Shown: positions 26,007 to 39,526 of the stretch, one piece after another
Layout: every line of letters begins with the position of its first letter
How positions within the stretch are numbered: position 1 is the first letter of the stretch
NCBI GenBank assembly: GCA_951406725.2
Contig: OX597817.1
Location: forward strand, 9,486,001 to 9,550,000
DNA from: Octopus vulgaris
Taxonomy: Eukaryota
Reading direction: 5' to 3'
DNA: 64,000 nucleotides
Program-made: the position numbers and the translations under genes
Notes under the pieces: generated by a model
What the model saw: the letters and a program-made list of their open reading frames with translations, nothing else
Told to the model about the DNA's origin: nothing
The model's database searches: none

Positions 26007-26730
26007 TACATACACACACGCGCACACACACTCACATACACACACACGCACACGCACACACACAATACATATATGCACGAGTGCGCGCTAACACACACCC
26101 ACACACACAAACGCACACATACGGATCACACTTATAAAGATTCATGTGCGTAGCGAATATCTGCGTGTGCATAGATGCGCATATGTAATCCAATGCACGT
26201 TTGAGCATGAACAGAGATATTAAGAATTTCCATAAATTCACACGAAGATTACATAAACGTAGGACATGTTGCGTTCATGCATCCATATAAAATTGTATCT
26301 ATATTTTGTATGAATTCTAATAACTATGATGTAAGCGAGAATGTGACATACAAACACATAAACCTTTCGAATGCAGAAACATGCATGTCAATGGATCTTC
26401 GTCGGTTCTTGAGGATGGAATAACCTATCCGATGTAAGCGTCTGAGTATTCCTTTTTCATAGGTATCCTTTATGTAATTCGCTTAGAGAAAACCAGTATG
26501 ACAGGATATGTGACAAGGGTGGCTCTTTGAATTCTATGTATTGTCCTACCCATTGTCCTACTCACTTGCTGCTAAACTTGGGTGGAGCCGAATCTTTAAT
26601 AAATGTCTATGTTCTAAAATGTCTCACGGTAGGACCGTGACCGTGCACAGAACTTTATCATTGTGAAACGAACAATTTATCCATCCTGTGCATGAATATG
26701 GAAACCCACCTAAATATATACGTATACAAC

Positions 26731-26799
<69 letters not shown>

Positions 26800-26821
26800 T
26801 ACACACACTCACATACACACA

Positions 26822-26872
<51 letters not shown>

Positions 26873-27185
26873 GCGATGGTGAGTTTCTACATCACCCTAC
26901 TGCCTGATACAAATATATGCCTGATCTTTCTCAAATCATACCCTATCATTCAGAAATACAGAATGTACCAGATTTGAGACGATGGGATGATCACGGATGG
27001 AATATCGTCAATAATCTGTTTGCCTGATCAGAAATGGTCAGACGATGAACAAATGAAACGCCTATAGCAAAATGCATGTCCTATAACGGAGTCAAACGTG
27101 TAGTTTGTATATTGGCAATACAATAACATATCCTATAGAATATTTTCTTACACACACACACACACACACATGTGTGTGTGTGTAC

Positions 27186-27385
27186 CTGTGTTTGTCCTTC
27201 CACCATCACTTGACAACCGATGTTGGTGTGTTTACGTCCCCGTAACTTAGCGCTTCGGCAAAAGAGACCGATAGGATAAATACTAGACATACAAAGAATA
27301 AATCCTGGGGTCACTCTGTTCGACTAAAGGCGGTACTCCAGCATGGCCGCAGTCCAATGCCTGAAACAAATAAAAGAATAAAAGA
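27186..27385 (+). mobile_element. SINE family B 3' half
   Basis: cttgacaaccgatgttggtgtgtttacgtcccc...cagcatggccgcagtc...taaaagaata. Confidence 0.8.
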
Positions 27386-29352
27386 ATACACACACACATC
27401 CACACATTCCCATACATACATACATACATACATAATACATACATACATAATACATACACATACATACATACATACATACATACATACATACATACAGACA
27501 CATACATACATGCATACATACATACATACATACATAATACGTACATACATACATACATACATACATACATACATACATACGTACATACATACATACATAC
27601 ATGCATACATACATACATACATACATGCATACAGACAGACATACATACAGACATACATATGGACAATCTACCCGCCTAATATTTCAACGTAGTAAAGTGC
27701 TATTTCCCTTTGGTTTTGGTTGTGTTTAACATATCAAATGCTGCAGGCAACGGGTATTACCAAGTGTTTGGTCGGAATAAGCCTGAGAGTGCAAGGAGAT
27801 TCGTGAAGACGTGTTTCAGGTGTAATTAAGAAATACATTTTCCCACTACAATCAACAAGATATGCTAACAGCTGTGCGAAATAGAAATATAAGGTATATT
27901 GATTTTAATCGAAAAACCACCGAAATAGAGGCTGAGTTGGAGAGCAAATATACGAATGATGATACGTGAGGTGTGAACTGTAGAGAACGGCGATAAGAAT
28001 TTGGTTGAATCGCAGTCACGACCTGGTTTCAATATCTCGAAGGTTATGACACTGCCCATAATATCCTTACCACCACCACCACCACCACCACCACCACCAC
28101 CGTCGCCGTCGCCACCACCACCCTCTACTACTACTACTACTACTACTACTAAATTGCAATGAAATAATTAAGATATTTGTCAAAACATCAGGCGATGTAA
28201 GATTGACGGGGTTCTAATTCTCTTACGTCATTGATGCACATAGGAAGGGCACTTACAGCCCCACAGTATTCCCATTCGTCCCTGATCCTAAATATAGGTT
28301 CGCCAATGTTAAATAACTTGTTTAGTTTTAGGACACTCCTAAATAAGATGATCTCTGTTTCTGTCCAGTGCCTGTAGTTTTTTGTATTAGATGGACTACA
28401 TTACCCAATGTTTCTTCCTTTTCTGAGAATGGCAGGGTGCGATTTAATGAAGTTTGTGTTGCATTTTCTAGTAAGATGAACAACCCTGCAGAGATTCCTT
28501 CGTTGACTCTAAAAGAAACCATGATATTTTTCAGTTCCTTTAGAAGCAAGTAATTACACAGTTAAGTGCTTGTGCTAAACAGCTTGCAATTTGAACTAAT
28601 TAATTCATCAGAAAACTACAGATTCGCAGTATTACTCCTTATGCATCGCATTTGTGGGTAAGAAACTTAGCTATCTTCTAAATCAGTCAATCAAGCAATA
28701 ATTAGTTAATTACAGCTGCAACTACATCTAGCTGTAATAAGGTAACAAAATGGAATACAACGCCACTGTGAATAATGGAATCACTGAAAAATTACCGATG
28801 TCTTCAGAAGTTGTGCTGACTTCAAACTGCTTTCAGGCAATGCATCTCCATCTTCATTCATGACTGTCCAAACTGGTCTAAAAACTATAACCGTTATTAT
28901 CTCATTATCAGGAATGGACCTCTTATAATCTTATTCTCTTCTTTACATCAAGAACAATTAGGTTAGAGCCGTGCCACTGGCTCTATGAAATACATTTAAC
29001 CCGTCTTTTCGTTTCGGAACCCAAATTTGTCGGACGAGGATAAAATGTTTGACATGGTGGTCATAAAAATGAATCTGATAGAACTATAATGTGTGCGAGT
29101 GTGTGTGTATCTTCGCCTAAGCTTTGACTTGAATTATTTTCACAAAATGAGAACCGTTTTAGATATATGCTTGGGTAATATATATATCTTCGAGATGCAG
29201 TATATTTACGTTCGAGTTCATGGGTGTCTGTATCCATGAAGAACAAGGTCACTTCATTCGCTGAAATCGGTTCTGTCACGATATACAGGTTCGAAACATA
29301 TAAAGACCTTGTTGAATATACATCACTGTTGTTACTGTACAGCAGCGAGTTA

Positions 29353-29756
29353 TCTTCTTTATATATAAAAGTAAGGTTGTGTGTCTGTCTGTCTCCTACG
29401 ATTTAGATTCCTAACTACTCCCACATTTTGCGGTGCAGTTTAACCAAAACCGGGTATCTTATAGTCGTGATTCATATCGAGCCCTTCTGGGTATTAGCGC
29501 GCGTCTACGATGAGTCTACGATTTAAAAAAAATTTACCATAATTTTTTTCCATTTTAATGCATTTTTCCGCTATTATATAAGGGAAGTAACTCTCTAAAA
29601 ATGTCTACGATGAGTCAACAATTTAAAAAAAATTTACCATAATTTTTTTTTCCATTTTTAATGCATTGTTTTGCTATTTTTTGGCTATAACTCTCTAAAA
29701 ATGCTTATATAGTTATTTCCCTTACAAAGCCGAGCAACGCCGGGCGATACTGCTAG
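29353..29756 (+). mobile_element. Non-autonomous Helitron (2 internal units)
   Basis: Same family, CTAG|T end at 29753-29757. Confidence 0.85.
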
Positions 29757-31143
29757 TACATAAATATATTCATTTTTTTCCATTGAGTGTTGAGTGTGAC
29801 AGAGTGAGCGTCGTGTCTTAGCCATAACCTCCAGCCTGAGCTCAAACCAACCACTCTTTGGTTGCCTAATGGTTTATCGACATCACACCTTTGTTCAGCA
29901 TCCTATCGACTCCTCCTGTTGTGAATTTGCAGCGAAAATAAAGTAATATGTATGTAATGAGTTTGAACCAATCGACTAAACGCTCCGTGTCGTATATGAA
30001 AGTAAAAAGGATTTTAGTCTTTCGTTAAACAAAAGAAATCAATACATGAAAACAGAATTGTTTTTAAAAAAAAGTGTGAATGCTGTCATTATATCGAGAT
30101 ACTAGACACAAGCAGTAGAGAGGTGGATTCAATGTCTTGATATCTTGTTTACTGCTACACACTTCTAAATCCGATCGCAGTAGTTTTTAATCAATCAGAG
30201 CCGATAAAATAAATAGCTGTTGAGTACTTTAGTTGAATCGATCGATTGTATTAAAAAAAAAAGCTTAATTCACGCGTAGTCGTCAGTTAAAGAATACCGA
30301 GAATAACTTCATAACATGACTAAGATTGATTAATTTAAACGGTTGACATCTCCCACTTGCAAGACTATAATCTGGCAAAACACCCCAGTTATAAATAATG
30401 GAGCTTGAAGCTGGATTAGAGTTACCAGATGACCGTATCCACTGGGTCCAAGCATTCACACCTAGTCAACTTTCTCTCCTGTGTCGCAGAGACCCTTAAA
30501 AAGGGCATAGATGTCGCCTTCCTTCTTGTAACTAAGGCAAAATAAAGCGAATTCAAAGATCTGGTTTTCAACAACGTGACAATATTAATAATATATAATG
30601 TAAGTGCTGAATATGTCCGTCATAGGAAATACTAATTTCATTGCTTAACTGAGCTACAATTTTACTGTTATAGGAAAACAGAGGAGGTAATATGCGATTG
30701 TGATCGTTGCATAAAATGCTTTCATCTACAGTATTAATCACGTTGGAAAATATATGAATCTCGTTTCTTTCCTCCCCATAACTCTAAATTATGAAATCCT
30801 TTCAGTGATATTATCAATATAACGAGGACACTGGATACATCATTCTTCATTATATTGACTAATAATAATACATTGTCGATTAAACGTGAACTGGATCAAG
30901 AACGATAGAAAATTACATGGATAGTTTAATTTATTATGTGGGCACAATACTTTCAGATTTACAGGGGAATATACAATAAAGTGAGATTTTGTGACGATCG
31001 AAATTGGCTACGGCTAAGAATCGAAGCTGATTCGTTAGACTCGATTCATCGATAGCTGGCATCTGTGCCACTCGACAAGTCGTTGTTTTATTACTTGTAA
31101 ATGATTTCAGAACATATGAAAAAAAAAAATCGTTAAACGAAGT

Positions 31144-31158
31144 TATAGTAGTAGCAGC

Positions 31159-31216
<58 letters not shown>

Positions 31217-31465
31217 ATAGTAGTAGTAGCGGTAGTAGTAGTAGTAGTAGTAGTGGTAGTAGTAGTAGTAGTAGTAGTAGTAATAATAATAATAGTAGTA
31301 GTAGTGGTAGTAGTAGTAGCAGTAGTAGTATTAGTAGTAGTAGTAGTTGTAGTAATAGTAGTAGTAGTAGTAGTATTAGTAGTAGTAATAGTGGTAGTAA
31401 TAGTGGTAGTAGTAGTGGTAGTAGTATTAGTAGTAGTATTAGTAGTAGTAGTAGTTGTAGTAATA

Positions 31466-31501
<36 letters not shown>

Positions 31502-31676
31502 TTAGTAGTAGTAGTAGTTGTAGTAATAGAGGTATTAGTAGTAGTAGTAGTAGTAGTATTAGTATTAGTAGTAGTAGTAGTTGTAGTAATAGTGGTATTA
31601 TTATTATTATTATTATTATTAGTAGTAGTAGTATTAGTAGTAGAAATAGTAGTAGTAGTAGTAGTAGTAGTAGTAG
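31144..31676. repeat. Long (AGT)n array
   Basis: Direct observation. Confidence 0.95.
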
Positions 31677-32568
31677 ACTTGCGCGAAAGCATATGAACTG
31701 TCCCTGGGGGATAAACACAAAGTGTACATTATTGGAGTGGGGTGGGTTGATGTTTCGTACCACTAGGTGGCGTTAGCGTAGCGTGTAAAGCGGTGTCGTG
31801 TATCATTGCAAGGATTTCTCGCAACGCAGTCTGTTGTCGCCATTGCTTCCGTGTGATGAGTTTTCAATTTACAGCCGGTCCATTTACACAAGAGTCACAA
31901 TTTAAACAACAGAATATATTAGATTGGGTCAAAGGAGAAATGGATGTAATTAAATCTCAATGGTATTTCTCTTCTAATATTTCGTTATTTCCCATTTATT
32001 CACATTCTCTTTATTGAACAATGTCTGGCTTTAATATCTTCATACTTCGACAATGAAACGTAGTTTTTCCAAAATGTCCACCCATTAGCATAGACCGGTG
32101 AATTGTAAATGAAAACGGTACGAATACAATGGTGTGTTTGAATAGGCACAACGCAACTTTTATCGAGTGGGAGGTACAGCGAAATAAAAATTTCTTCTGT
32201 AATGTAAGGCACATTTCATAAGATGCCGCGCGTATAATCGATTGGACATATTCTGGGGGAGTGAGCGATAAATACCTTCAGGGCACGACTCTCTATAACC
32301 TAATTTATCAGACACTCACTAACCTCACTGTTTTATCTACCATCTACTTAAACTGAAAAACTGAGAAACAGGTGGTGGGGGAGGAGGAGCACACTACATT
32401 TTACTATTTACAATCGGCAGCAAGTCAGACGGAAGATCACAGTGGACAGCTGCACAGGTTGTTGGTAAATGATGAAACACTGAGACAGATATTACGATGT
32501 ATTGGGAATAAGTGGATTCAGAAGAAGCAAATCGAGTTTGGGAAGTAAGTATATTGTAATACCAGTTG

Positions 32569-33008
32569 TTGTTAAGCAACAAGACGGCGAGTTGGCAGAA
32601 CAGTTAGCATGCTGGGCGAAATGCTTAGCGGTATTTCGTCAGTCGTTACGTTCTGAGTTCAAATACCGCCGAGGTCGACTTTGCCTTTCATCCTTTCGGG
32701 GTCGATAAATTAAGTACCAGTTACGCACTGGGGGTCGATGTAATCGACTTAATCCCCCCTGTCTGTCCTTGTTTGTCCTCTCTGTGTTTAGCCCCTTGTG
32801 GGCAGTAAAGAAATAAGAAACAAGACGGGTAAGGGTGATTAGGTGGTGGTCTAGGGCTTAGGGGCGGGAGACCCCAGACCATGGAAAAAACAAACTTTGG
32901 TCGTCTTGTTGTAGTCGTGGGCTCTTCGTTGACGCCCGACACCACTGGGAGGTGGCCTTCGAAGTCGCTGGAAATGGAGATCTCCAGGTCCAAATTCTTG
33001 GACGGCTG
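32569..33008 (-). mobile_element. Structured ~200-nt retroposon, copy 2, interrupted by a family A SINE (32588-32818, + strand)
   Basis: Outer TSD gtaagtatattgt(a/g)ataccagttg at 32545-32568 and 33020-33043. Inner SINE TSD aacaagacgg at 32578-32587 and 32819-32828. Confidence 0.78.
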
Positions 33009-34369
33009 TGATACTAGTTGTAAGTATATTGTGATACCAGTTGGGTTAACATGGAAGAAAACTGAGGGAGAGTTTTTATCTTGGATGAAATAAGGACTAT
33101 TAAAGGAGTTGCTGTATTCTGAAAAATCAGGAAAGGAAGAATTACCACTTTAATTTTATTTTAGGAATAAAATACTTAATTCTACGTCTTGTGGATTTCA
33201 ACGGGGGGATAAAAAATTAGTGAATCCAGTGAATATGTTCAAGTGAAAGTGGAGTAGTGCTAGAATGTTTTCAGAATCATAGTCCTTATAGTAAAAGCAG
33301 AGTAGAGAAAAAAAGTGTGAAGAAGAAAGAGATAATCAGTTAGGTAGAGACAAAGTCAAAGTGTTAGCTAGACAACAGATATCACACATCTAGCGGAAGA
33401 GTGAGTATCTGGCGAACAAATGTCACAGGAGATGTTGAGTCTTAATGTGTGCAGAAAGAATATCCTCTTAAGGTGGAAGCTTGCTACGTAAAATAAAGTC
33501 TGAAGGGGTTTTGATTCTATATTATTAATACTTAATATATTAGCAGATCTACATAAGAGGTTGTGTTGAAAATCTCACTGGTTTTATAATCCGGTAGCTC
33601 GCTGTTATCAGAATAATAGATTTAAACGATATACGTGAATGAGGGATTTTGTAATGTCCAATAGGAGTGTATTGGATTAACGTTAACTCGAAGTAAATGT
33701 TGGTGACGGAGGAGTCATACAGATAGTAGATAGGGAAAGCGCTTGGCGAATACAGTAAACCTAACAAATCTTTAACTGATAAAGCCTTGCCACTTCCCAG
33801 ATAAATGCCTGCTGCGTATAGAGTATTGCCTGTGTAAATCAGATGAGCAGAAGTGGTGGCAGATCATATATTCGACATTATATACATATCACCTGAAGAT
33901 GTAAACATACGACTCGGTCTGAATTTTCAGAACCTTATTTACCTAGCCATTTCACCCCTGTACTTATAAGGACAACTTCGATTTTTTAAATCTCGTAATA
34001 CATTCGAACATTAGGGAGAAATTGAAGATATACTTTCTTAAACCTAGAAATCACATGATAAAAATGACAAGTTGGGAGACTTCAAATAAAATTTAGAAAG
34101 ACAGAATTTTTTTTTGTCTACATCGGAACAAAATTCCGAGAGAAATACCATAGTTAATTTAGCTTTAGTTATTAACTCCTTGAAGGCAGTGAGATGGCAG
34201 AATCGTAAACACGAAGGGCAAACTGCTTTGCAGTATTTTTACTGGCTTTACGCTTCGTGTTCAAATTCGACTTTGCTTTTCACCCTTTCGGAATCGATAA
34301 AAAGTACTGATTGAGCACTAGGCACACACATTTATTTATAAGCATAGTATGTGTGGTAAATGCAGTGAG

Positions 34370-34660
34370 GCAAGTAGCAAAAATAGCAATACCATACAAT
34401 TCGGAAAGGTCCTGATGGAGAATGACAATCCATAATCTTTTACTAAACGCCAAGGCATCACCAAATTACTAAACAAAATCCACATATCCAAGCATAACAT
34501 GAATTTTTTGAAAATGCCACACTTTAATGAAAAAGCAATCGCTGCTATGAGTCGTGTGATCCGTTTGGATGGATTAAATATACGATTGGAATCCGAACCT
34601 TCTCTGAAGAGGCTCCTACCTGAAATCAAGCCAAGAGAAAACAACGTCATACAGTTTGCT
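34370..34660 (+). mobile_element. Probable PLE thumb/linker fragment
   Basis: FLKMPHFNEKAIAAMSRVIRLDGLNIRLESEPSLKRLL resembles the PLE post-RT LKLPY...GLNIR...SLxxxL segment. Confidence 0.45.
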
Positions 34661-34778
34661 CGGGTTAAATTTGACAGTTTGTATAAAAGGAAAGGAAAAC
34701 ACAATACCCCATTCAAAAATAATATTTAAATAAAATGAAAAAAATATGAATTAGAATATTGACTTGGAGATAACAGTT

Positions 34779-35200
34779 TACTCTAAGTAACCGCCCTCGG
34801 CTTCCACCACGGCCTCATGACGACTCCGGAACCTGGTGCATGTGTTCCTCACAGTGTTCTTCAGAAGGTCTTCGAACAGCTCCTTTATCTTGGCCACCTG
34901 CTCTGATTTGGTGCTGCAGACAGGGAATCTGATGTCCTTTCAGCCGAGCCACACACAGTAATCCATGGGCTTGTAATCGGGGAATTAGAAGACCAGAAAC
35001 AGGGGCTGGTGAAGTTGCAGAAATTCTCCGACAACCCTTTCTAACTTTTCCGAAGGTATGGCAAGGAGCCGTATCCTGTTGCTACACATATGGCGTTCCA
35101 GTAGCAACCTTTTCATCCAGGGATTGACTACAGTCTCCAGCAGCTTCACATAGCTGTCTGAATTGAGAGAGAGTGGGACCCTGTTCAAGGATATAGAGAT
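34779..35200 (-). mobile_element. maT/DD37D-like transposase C-terminal fragment
   Basis: LNSDSYVKLLETVVNPWMK...FWSSNSPDYKPMDYCVW...CTRFRSRHEAVVEAEGGYLE*. Confidence 0.78.
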
Positions 35201-35437
35201 GAATTCCAGCCTGCGGATGCATTCACAACGCCTGCTGTATCCCTTCGTGCGGGCCACGGCTCCCTACTTTCCGTTGCAGTTGTGCATGTCACGCCTCACA
35301 GCCATACATCAAGCAGTTCCAGAAAAAAGAAGACACCCAAAAAATCATTAAATTTAGCTCGAACACCCTCTATGGACACTGCCCAACTTCACGATCAAAA
35401 TTGAAAATATATATCTGCGGTCTTGCGGGGTGTATAC

Positions 35438-35496
35438 AATTCCAAGAGGCGTCTGAAAATTCCAAGAGGCGTCTGAAAATTCCAAGAGGCGTCTGA
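35438..35496. repeat. 20-bp minisatellite, 3 copies
   Basis: aattccaagaggcgtctgaa repeated head to tail. Confidence 0.95.
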
Positions 35497-35642
35497 TCGG
35501 CAACCGGCGTCTTCGAGGTCGTTCTCTCCCTGCGTCTGTGGAGACTCCGCGACAAACAGTGCGTCCTGACACTCAGGATATGCATGCGGGATATCGGGGA
35601 CCGCTTGTGAATTCAATATTCCCACGAAACTTCTATGAATTC

Positions 35643-35795
35643 CAGGTGGAACCGCGAATGGCTCGCTATCTCCAGTGACCTCGCACAGGACCGTCGAGCG
35701 TGGGCTGCCATGGTTCGTGATGCCGTCAGGACCAGAGAAGAAGCCGGCTCAACCCGCCCTGGGTGAACGCCGTCACAAGTACAAGTAAGTAAGTA
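35643..35795 (+). mobile_element. RTE LINE 3' end
   Basis: RWNREWLAISSDLAQDRRAWAAMVRDAV...GSTRPG* followed by a caagtacaagtaagtaagt tail. Confidence 0.75.
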
Positions 35796-36710
35796 TATAC
35801 AATCACTTGTAGCGAATCCAAAGAATTCTGCAACGAATTATACATCGAAAGTACAAGCAGAAAATTACACGTAAGGATGAAAGAGATCTCCTATGCTAAT
35901 GCTTCTTCCGTAAAAAAAAAACATCTATAGAAATGCCACATCGAAGACATCCAGGTTTTCACTGATGTTACAGAAAGAAGCATTGGGAACTTGGGAATAA
36001 AAGAAGGTCTTTTAATTAAGAAATATTCACCATGTATTAATAAGGGATCAGTGTTGCACGAAGCCGATTGGTTACTATAGCGATGCATATCAAATTCACA
36101 CACACTACACCACAGAGAAATCAGCTAATAACAATATTTCTCTGCAGATTTTCTAAGGAGGTAGTCCTAACCTGAATTAATGAAATACCAGGTAAAACTC
36201 TCAGCCTGTTCTATTTTCATAAATTGCATTGTTTTGGCTTAAAGATATAATTAAACACGCACACATACTATATGGACCCCCCCCCAGGAAAATACGTATA
36301 CATGTATATTTGAATAAAACTTCATTTGTTAACATATGAGTTATAAATATTTCTATTATACATCTCAATATATATGAAAAGTAAGATACAACATTTTGTT
36401 TTGGTATAAAAAAAAGTTGTTTTCCAATGAAATATTTACTGTAAAAGTAGTGTAGTTTTCAGAAAGCGAGTTTTGTACACAGAAACATACACACATACAC
36501 AAAGAAAACTACGTTTTAGAGAAAAGTTTTCATATAAAAAGAGTTTTACTGAATAAATTTTAGTGCATGTTTTAACTAAAGAAGTTTTACATGAATATAT
36601 ATATGCATGTGTTTGTGTGTGTGTATGTGTGTGTGTGTTCGCGCGCGACGCGCTTATATATATGTATGTATATATATATATGTATGTATGCATATGTATA
36701 TGTATACATG

Positions 36711-36737
<27 letters not shown>

Positions 36738-36741
<4 letters not shown>

Positions 36742-36945
36742 AATCGTTCATTAATTGGAGTCCATTGAAGTGATGTAATTACGTACTTCTTTCCAATAAT
36801 GAAACCAACCCTTTCCTCATGCATGTCATCTTGTCTACCGGACCATATAATAGTTTCTCCAGAACTGGTTTTCTGCTTTCCATAATTGGTCCATCCCGCT
36901 TTGGTTATTCCAAATAGATCCAGGTGGTAGTTGTTCGTTCTCCCG
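36738..36945 (-). mobile_element. RTE LINE APE endonuclease N-terminal fragment (inverted)
   Basis: YHLDLFGITKAGWTNYGKQKTSSGETIIWSGRQDDMHEERVGFII...WTPINERL. Confidence 0.8.
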
Positions 36946-36969
36946 TTCCAGCATCAAAATCTACGAAGC

Positions 36970-38090
36970 GATTTGGGGGTCAAAATATCTGAATCAAATA
37001 CCGAACAACTGGAAAGAAGGGCTCATTGTGAAATTACCAAAGAAACGTGATGCATCAAACAGTAATAATTGAAGATGAATCACTCTGTTATCAGTCAGCA
37101 GCAGCAAACTATTTACCCATACCATATTAATGCGCATTACAGCAGCAATGGACTTATTACCTCGCCAAGAGCCAGCTGGATTCAGGAAAGGAAAAGCATG
37201 TATCGACGATATTTTTGTAATTCGCCAGATATTCGAACGATTCCTTGGATGGGACTCATTTTTGTGCATGCTGTTTGCTGATATTAAGAAAGCTTTCCAT
37301 GGCCTTCACCGAGATACACTTTGGGAGATTCTCAGACATTATGGTTTCGCGCAAACATTAGTCAAAATGATTAGTTTATTGTATGAAAACAACAAACTGA
37401 CAGATCCGTTCGAAATCAAGACCGGAGTCAAACAAGGATGCGTGTTATCACTAATTAATCTTATTTTCATTGATGCAAAGAACGGCAAAAGAATATAAAC
37501 GAGGTATAGAATGGAACCAAGGCGGCGAGCTGGCAGAAACGTTAGCACGCCGGGCGAAAGGCTTAGCGGTATTTCGTCTGCCGTTACGTTCTGAGTTCAA
37601 ATTCCGCCGAGGTCGACTTTCGGGGTCGATGAATTAAGTACCAGTCACGCACTGGGGCCGATGTAATCGACTTAATCCGTTTGTCTGTCCTTATTTGTCC
37701 CCTCTGTGTTTAGCCCCTTGTGGGTAGTAAAGAAACAGGTATAGAATGGAACACGACTCAACTAGAAGATTTTGATTATGCAGACGACATTTTTTGTTCT
37801 CACACGCCTTAAGGGTTATAAAACAAATCTGAAAGACTTAGTCAAAGAACCAATACCATAGGTCAGAAAACCAACCAGAAGAAAACATACTACACTCATT
37901 GTAAAGATATAACAGATGCTGACCAATTGACTTTGAACGACAAACCTATCGCAAATGTTGACGAATTTAGCTATCTAGGCACCAAAATAACAAGGGGTTG
38001 AGACTACATTCATGAAATAAATGCAAGAAGCAGCAAAGTCAACCAATCGCTCGGTAAGTTAAACTCAACATGGAAATCATCAATACTTTC
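36970..38090 (+). mobile_element. RTE LINE RT fragment interrupted by a SINE
   Basis: PNNWKEGLIVKLPKK, QEPAGFRKGKACIDDIF, FADIKKAF, TGVKQGCVLS, DYADDI and FSYLG. Confidence 0.88.
37518..37736 (+). mobile_element. SINE family A (Tx1-like tail) inside RTE
   Basis: 16-bp TSD aggtatagaatggaac at 37502-37517 and 37737-37752. Confidence 0.9.
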
Positions 38091-38580
38091 ATAAATTGAT
38101 TCTGTTTCAGATTTGGATGTCTGAGGAAGTGAATGAACAGTAATGTTATTACATATGTTGCAAACATTACATGTATGGCTTAACATTACATGCGGCGTTG
38201 AATAAACAAAATTCATCATTGGAAACGCGCGTAAAATCATGTTGACTTCTCTTTTCTTCAATTAAATTAATTATGATTCACTCTGTGAGGTTTATAACAT
38301 ACCCACTGAATCATAACTTGGATTCACGAAGTGCTTCTTTCGATTATTTTTTTGAAGTACAATTGATTTTCCTTGGTTATTGGAATGCTACACTAGCGAG
38401 GTGTGTTCGGTAAGTGTTGATAACGTGATCGTTTGGATAATAATTATCCCCGCTCCAATCATATATATATATATATATATAATATATATATATATATATA
38501 CTCATATAAATATACATACATATATATATATATATAATATATAAATGTATGTATGTACATATGTATATATACATATATAT

Positions 38581-39246
38581 GTCAGGTCACTTTCGAGTGC
38601 TACTAGTAACACGTAACCTAGTACAACCTGTTGCATGGTCGGGCCGTCGGCGTCTAAATCGGCAACCCCACCAAGCTTGCTTGTTGAGGAGGATGTTTAC
38701 TGGACACCCTGCGGGATGAAAAACAAAACCCGTCAAAGGGCGGAAGAACTCTTGAGAGTCAACGGCCATCTAATAAATGTGTATTTTCATATATTAAGGC
38801 TTAAGGCTGTATTATGCGCGGGGACATAGAAATAATCGGACTGAATACCCGATCGCGTGGTTAAACCATTGGGAGTGAAGGACTCCTAGCATTTGTTAGG
38901 GCACCCTTCTAGAAGGTAACTCAGGTAACTGGGATAACTCCGACATAAAACCTGCGGCTCAGTGGTTACCGATGATGTTGACTTGTTCTTATTTTCGGAT
39001 TATGGCTGCTGTTGCTTAGTGAGTGGGATTGACTCAGTGCACAGCCTTTTCTCACTTAAAAAAAAAAAATCTTGCACAGGCATTGCACGATAACAACATT
39101 GTTCATGATTGTTGATAGTGCTGTGAGTCTCAACTGAATAACTGGCTGTAGCCTTAAAAAGCAAATAAAAGTCACGTTCGATCACAGCACCAATAACAGT
39201 TATGCTTCGTGCAATGGCCATACTCGATAACGAGGGAGCAGCCATC
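38581..39246 (+). mobile_element. ~665-bp non-coding, highly structured insertion in (TA)n, probably a non-autonomous retroelement
   Basis: Sharp boundaries to TA-rich repeats, higher GC, nested stems, no recognisable ORF. Strand is tentative. Confidence 0.5.
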
Positions 39247-39526
39247 ATATATACTTATATATATACACATATATACACACACACTTATACTGTAGATATT
39301 ATACAGCGTATATTTACCCTCATTGCTTGAATGTATGTTTACGAAGCATACGTATGTGATCTTATTCACATTTTATCTCTCTCGATAACTTACTTTAGCT
39401 ATAAATAGACTTTGCAGGTGATTATACTGATACAGAAATGCATAAAACCAGTGCCACTTCTTGATTTCTGCCTTCTTAAATATCCTGTAAACCGCTTAGT
39501 CAGTCTGTAGATGGAAGAAAGAGAAA

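Noticed and set aside
26415-26460. Hammerhead-like words (ttgagga...tcc gatg...gtc), and similar at 33890-33925
   Set aside because: Core too mutated and stems do not pair convincingly.
28330-29340. Possible pogo or piggyBac transposase remnants
   Set aside because: No clear catalytic motif or paired TIRs.
30934-31763. Mucin-like Thr-rich 252 aa ORF
   Set aside because: (ACT)n array with no signal peptide or splice support.
33770-33865. Very decayed GIY-YIG-like peptide on the minus strand (TSAHLIYTGNTLYAAGIYLG)
   Set aside because: Too short and diverged to call without a profile search.
35438-35496. CRISPR-like repeat
   Set aside because: No spacers, no cas genes, eukaryotic context.
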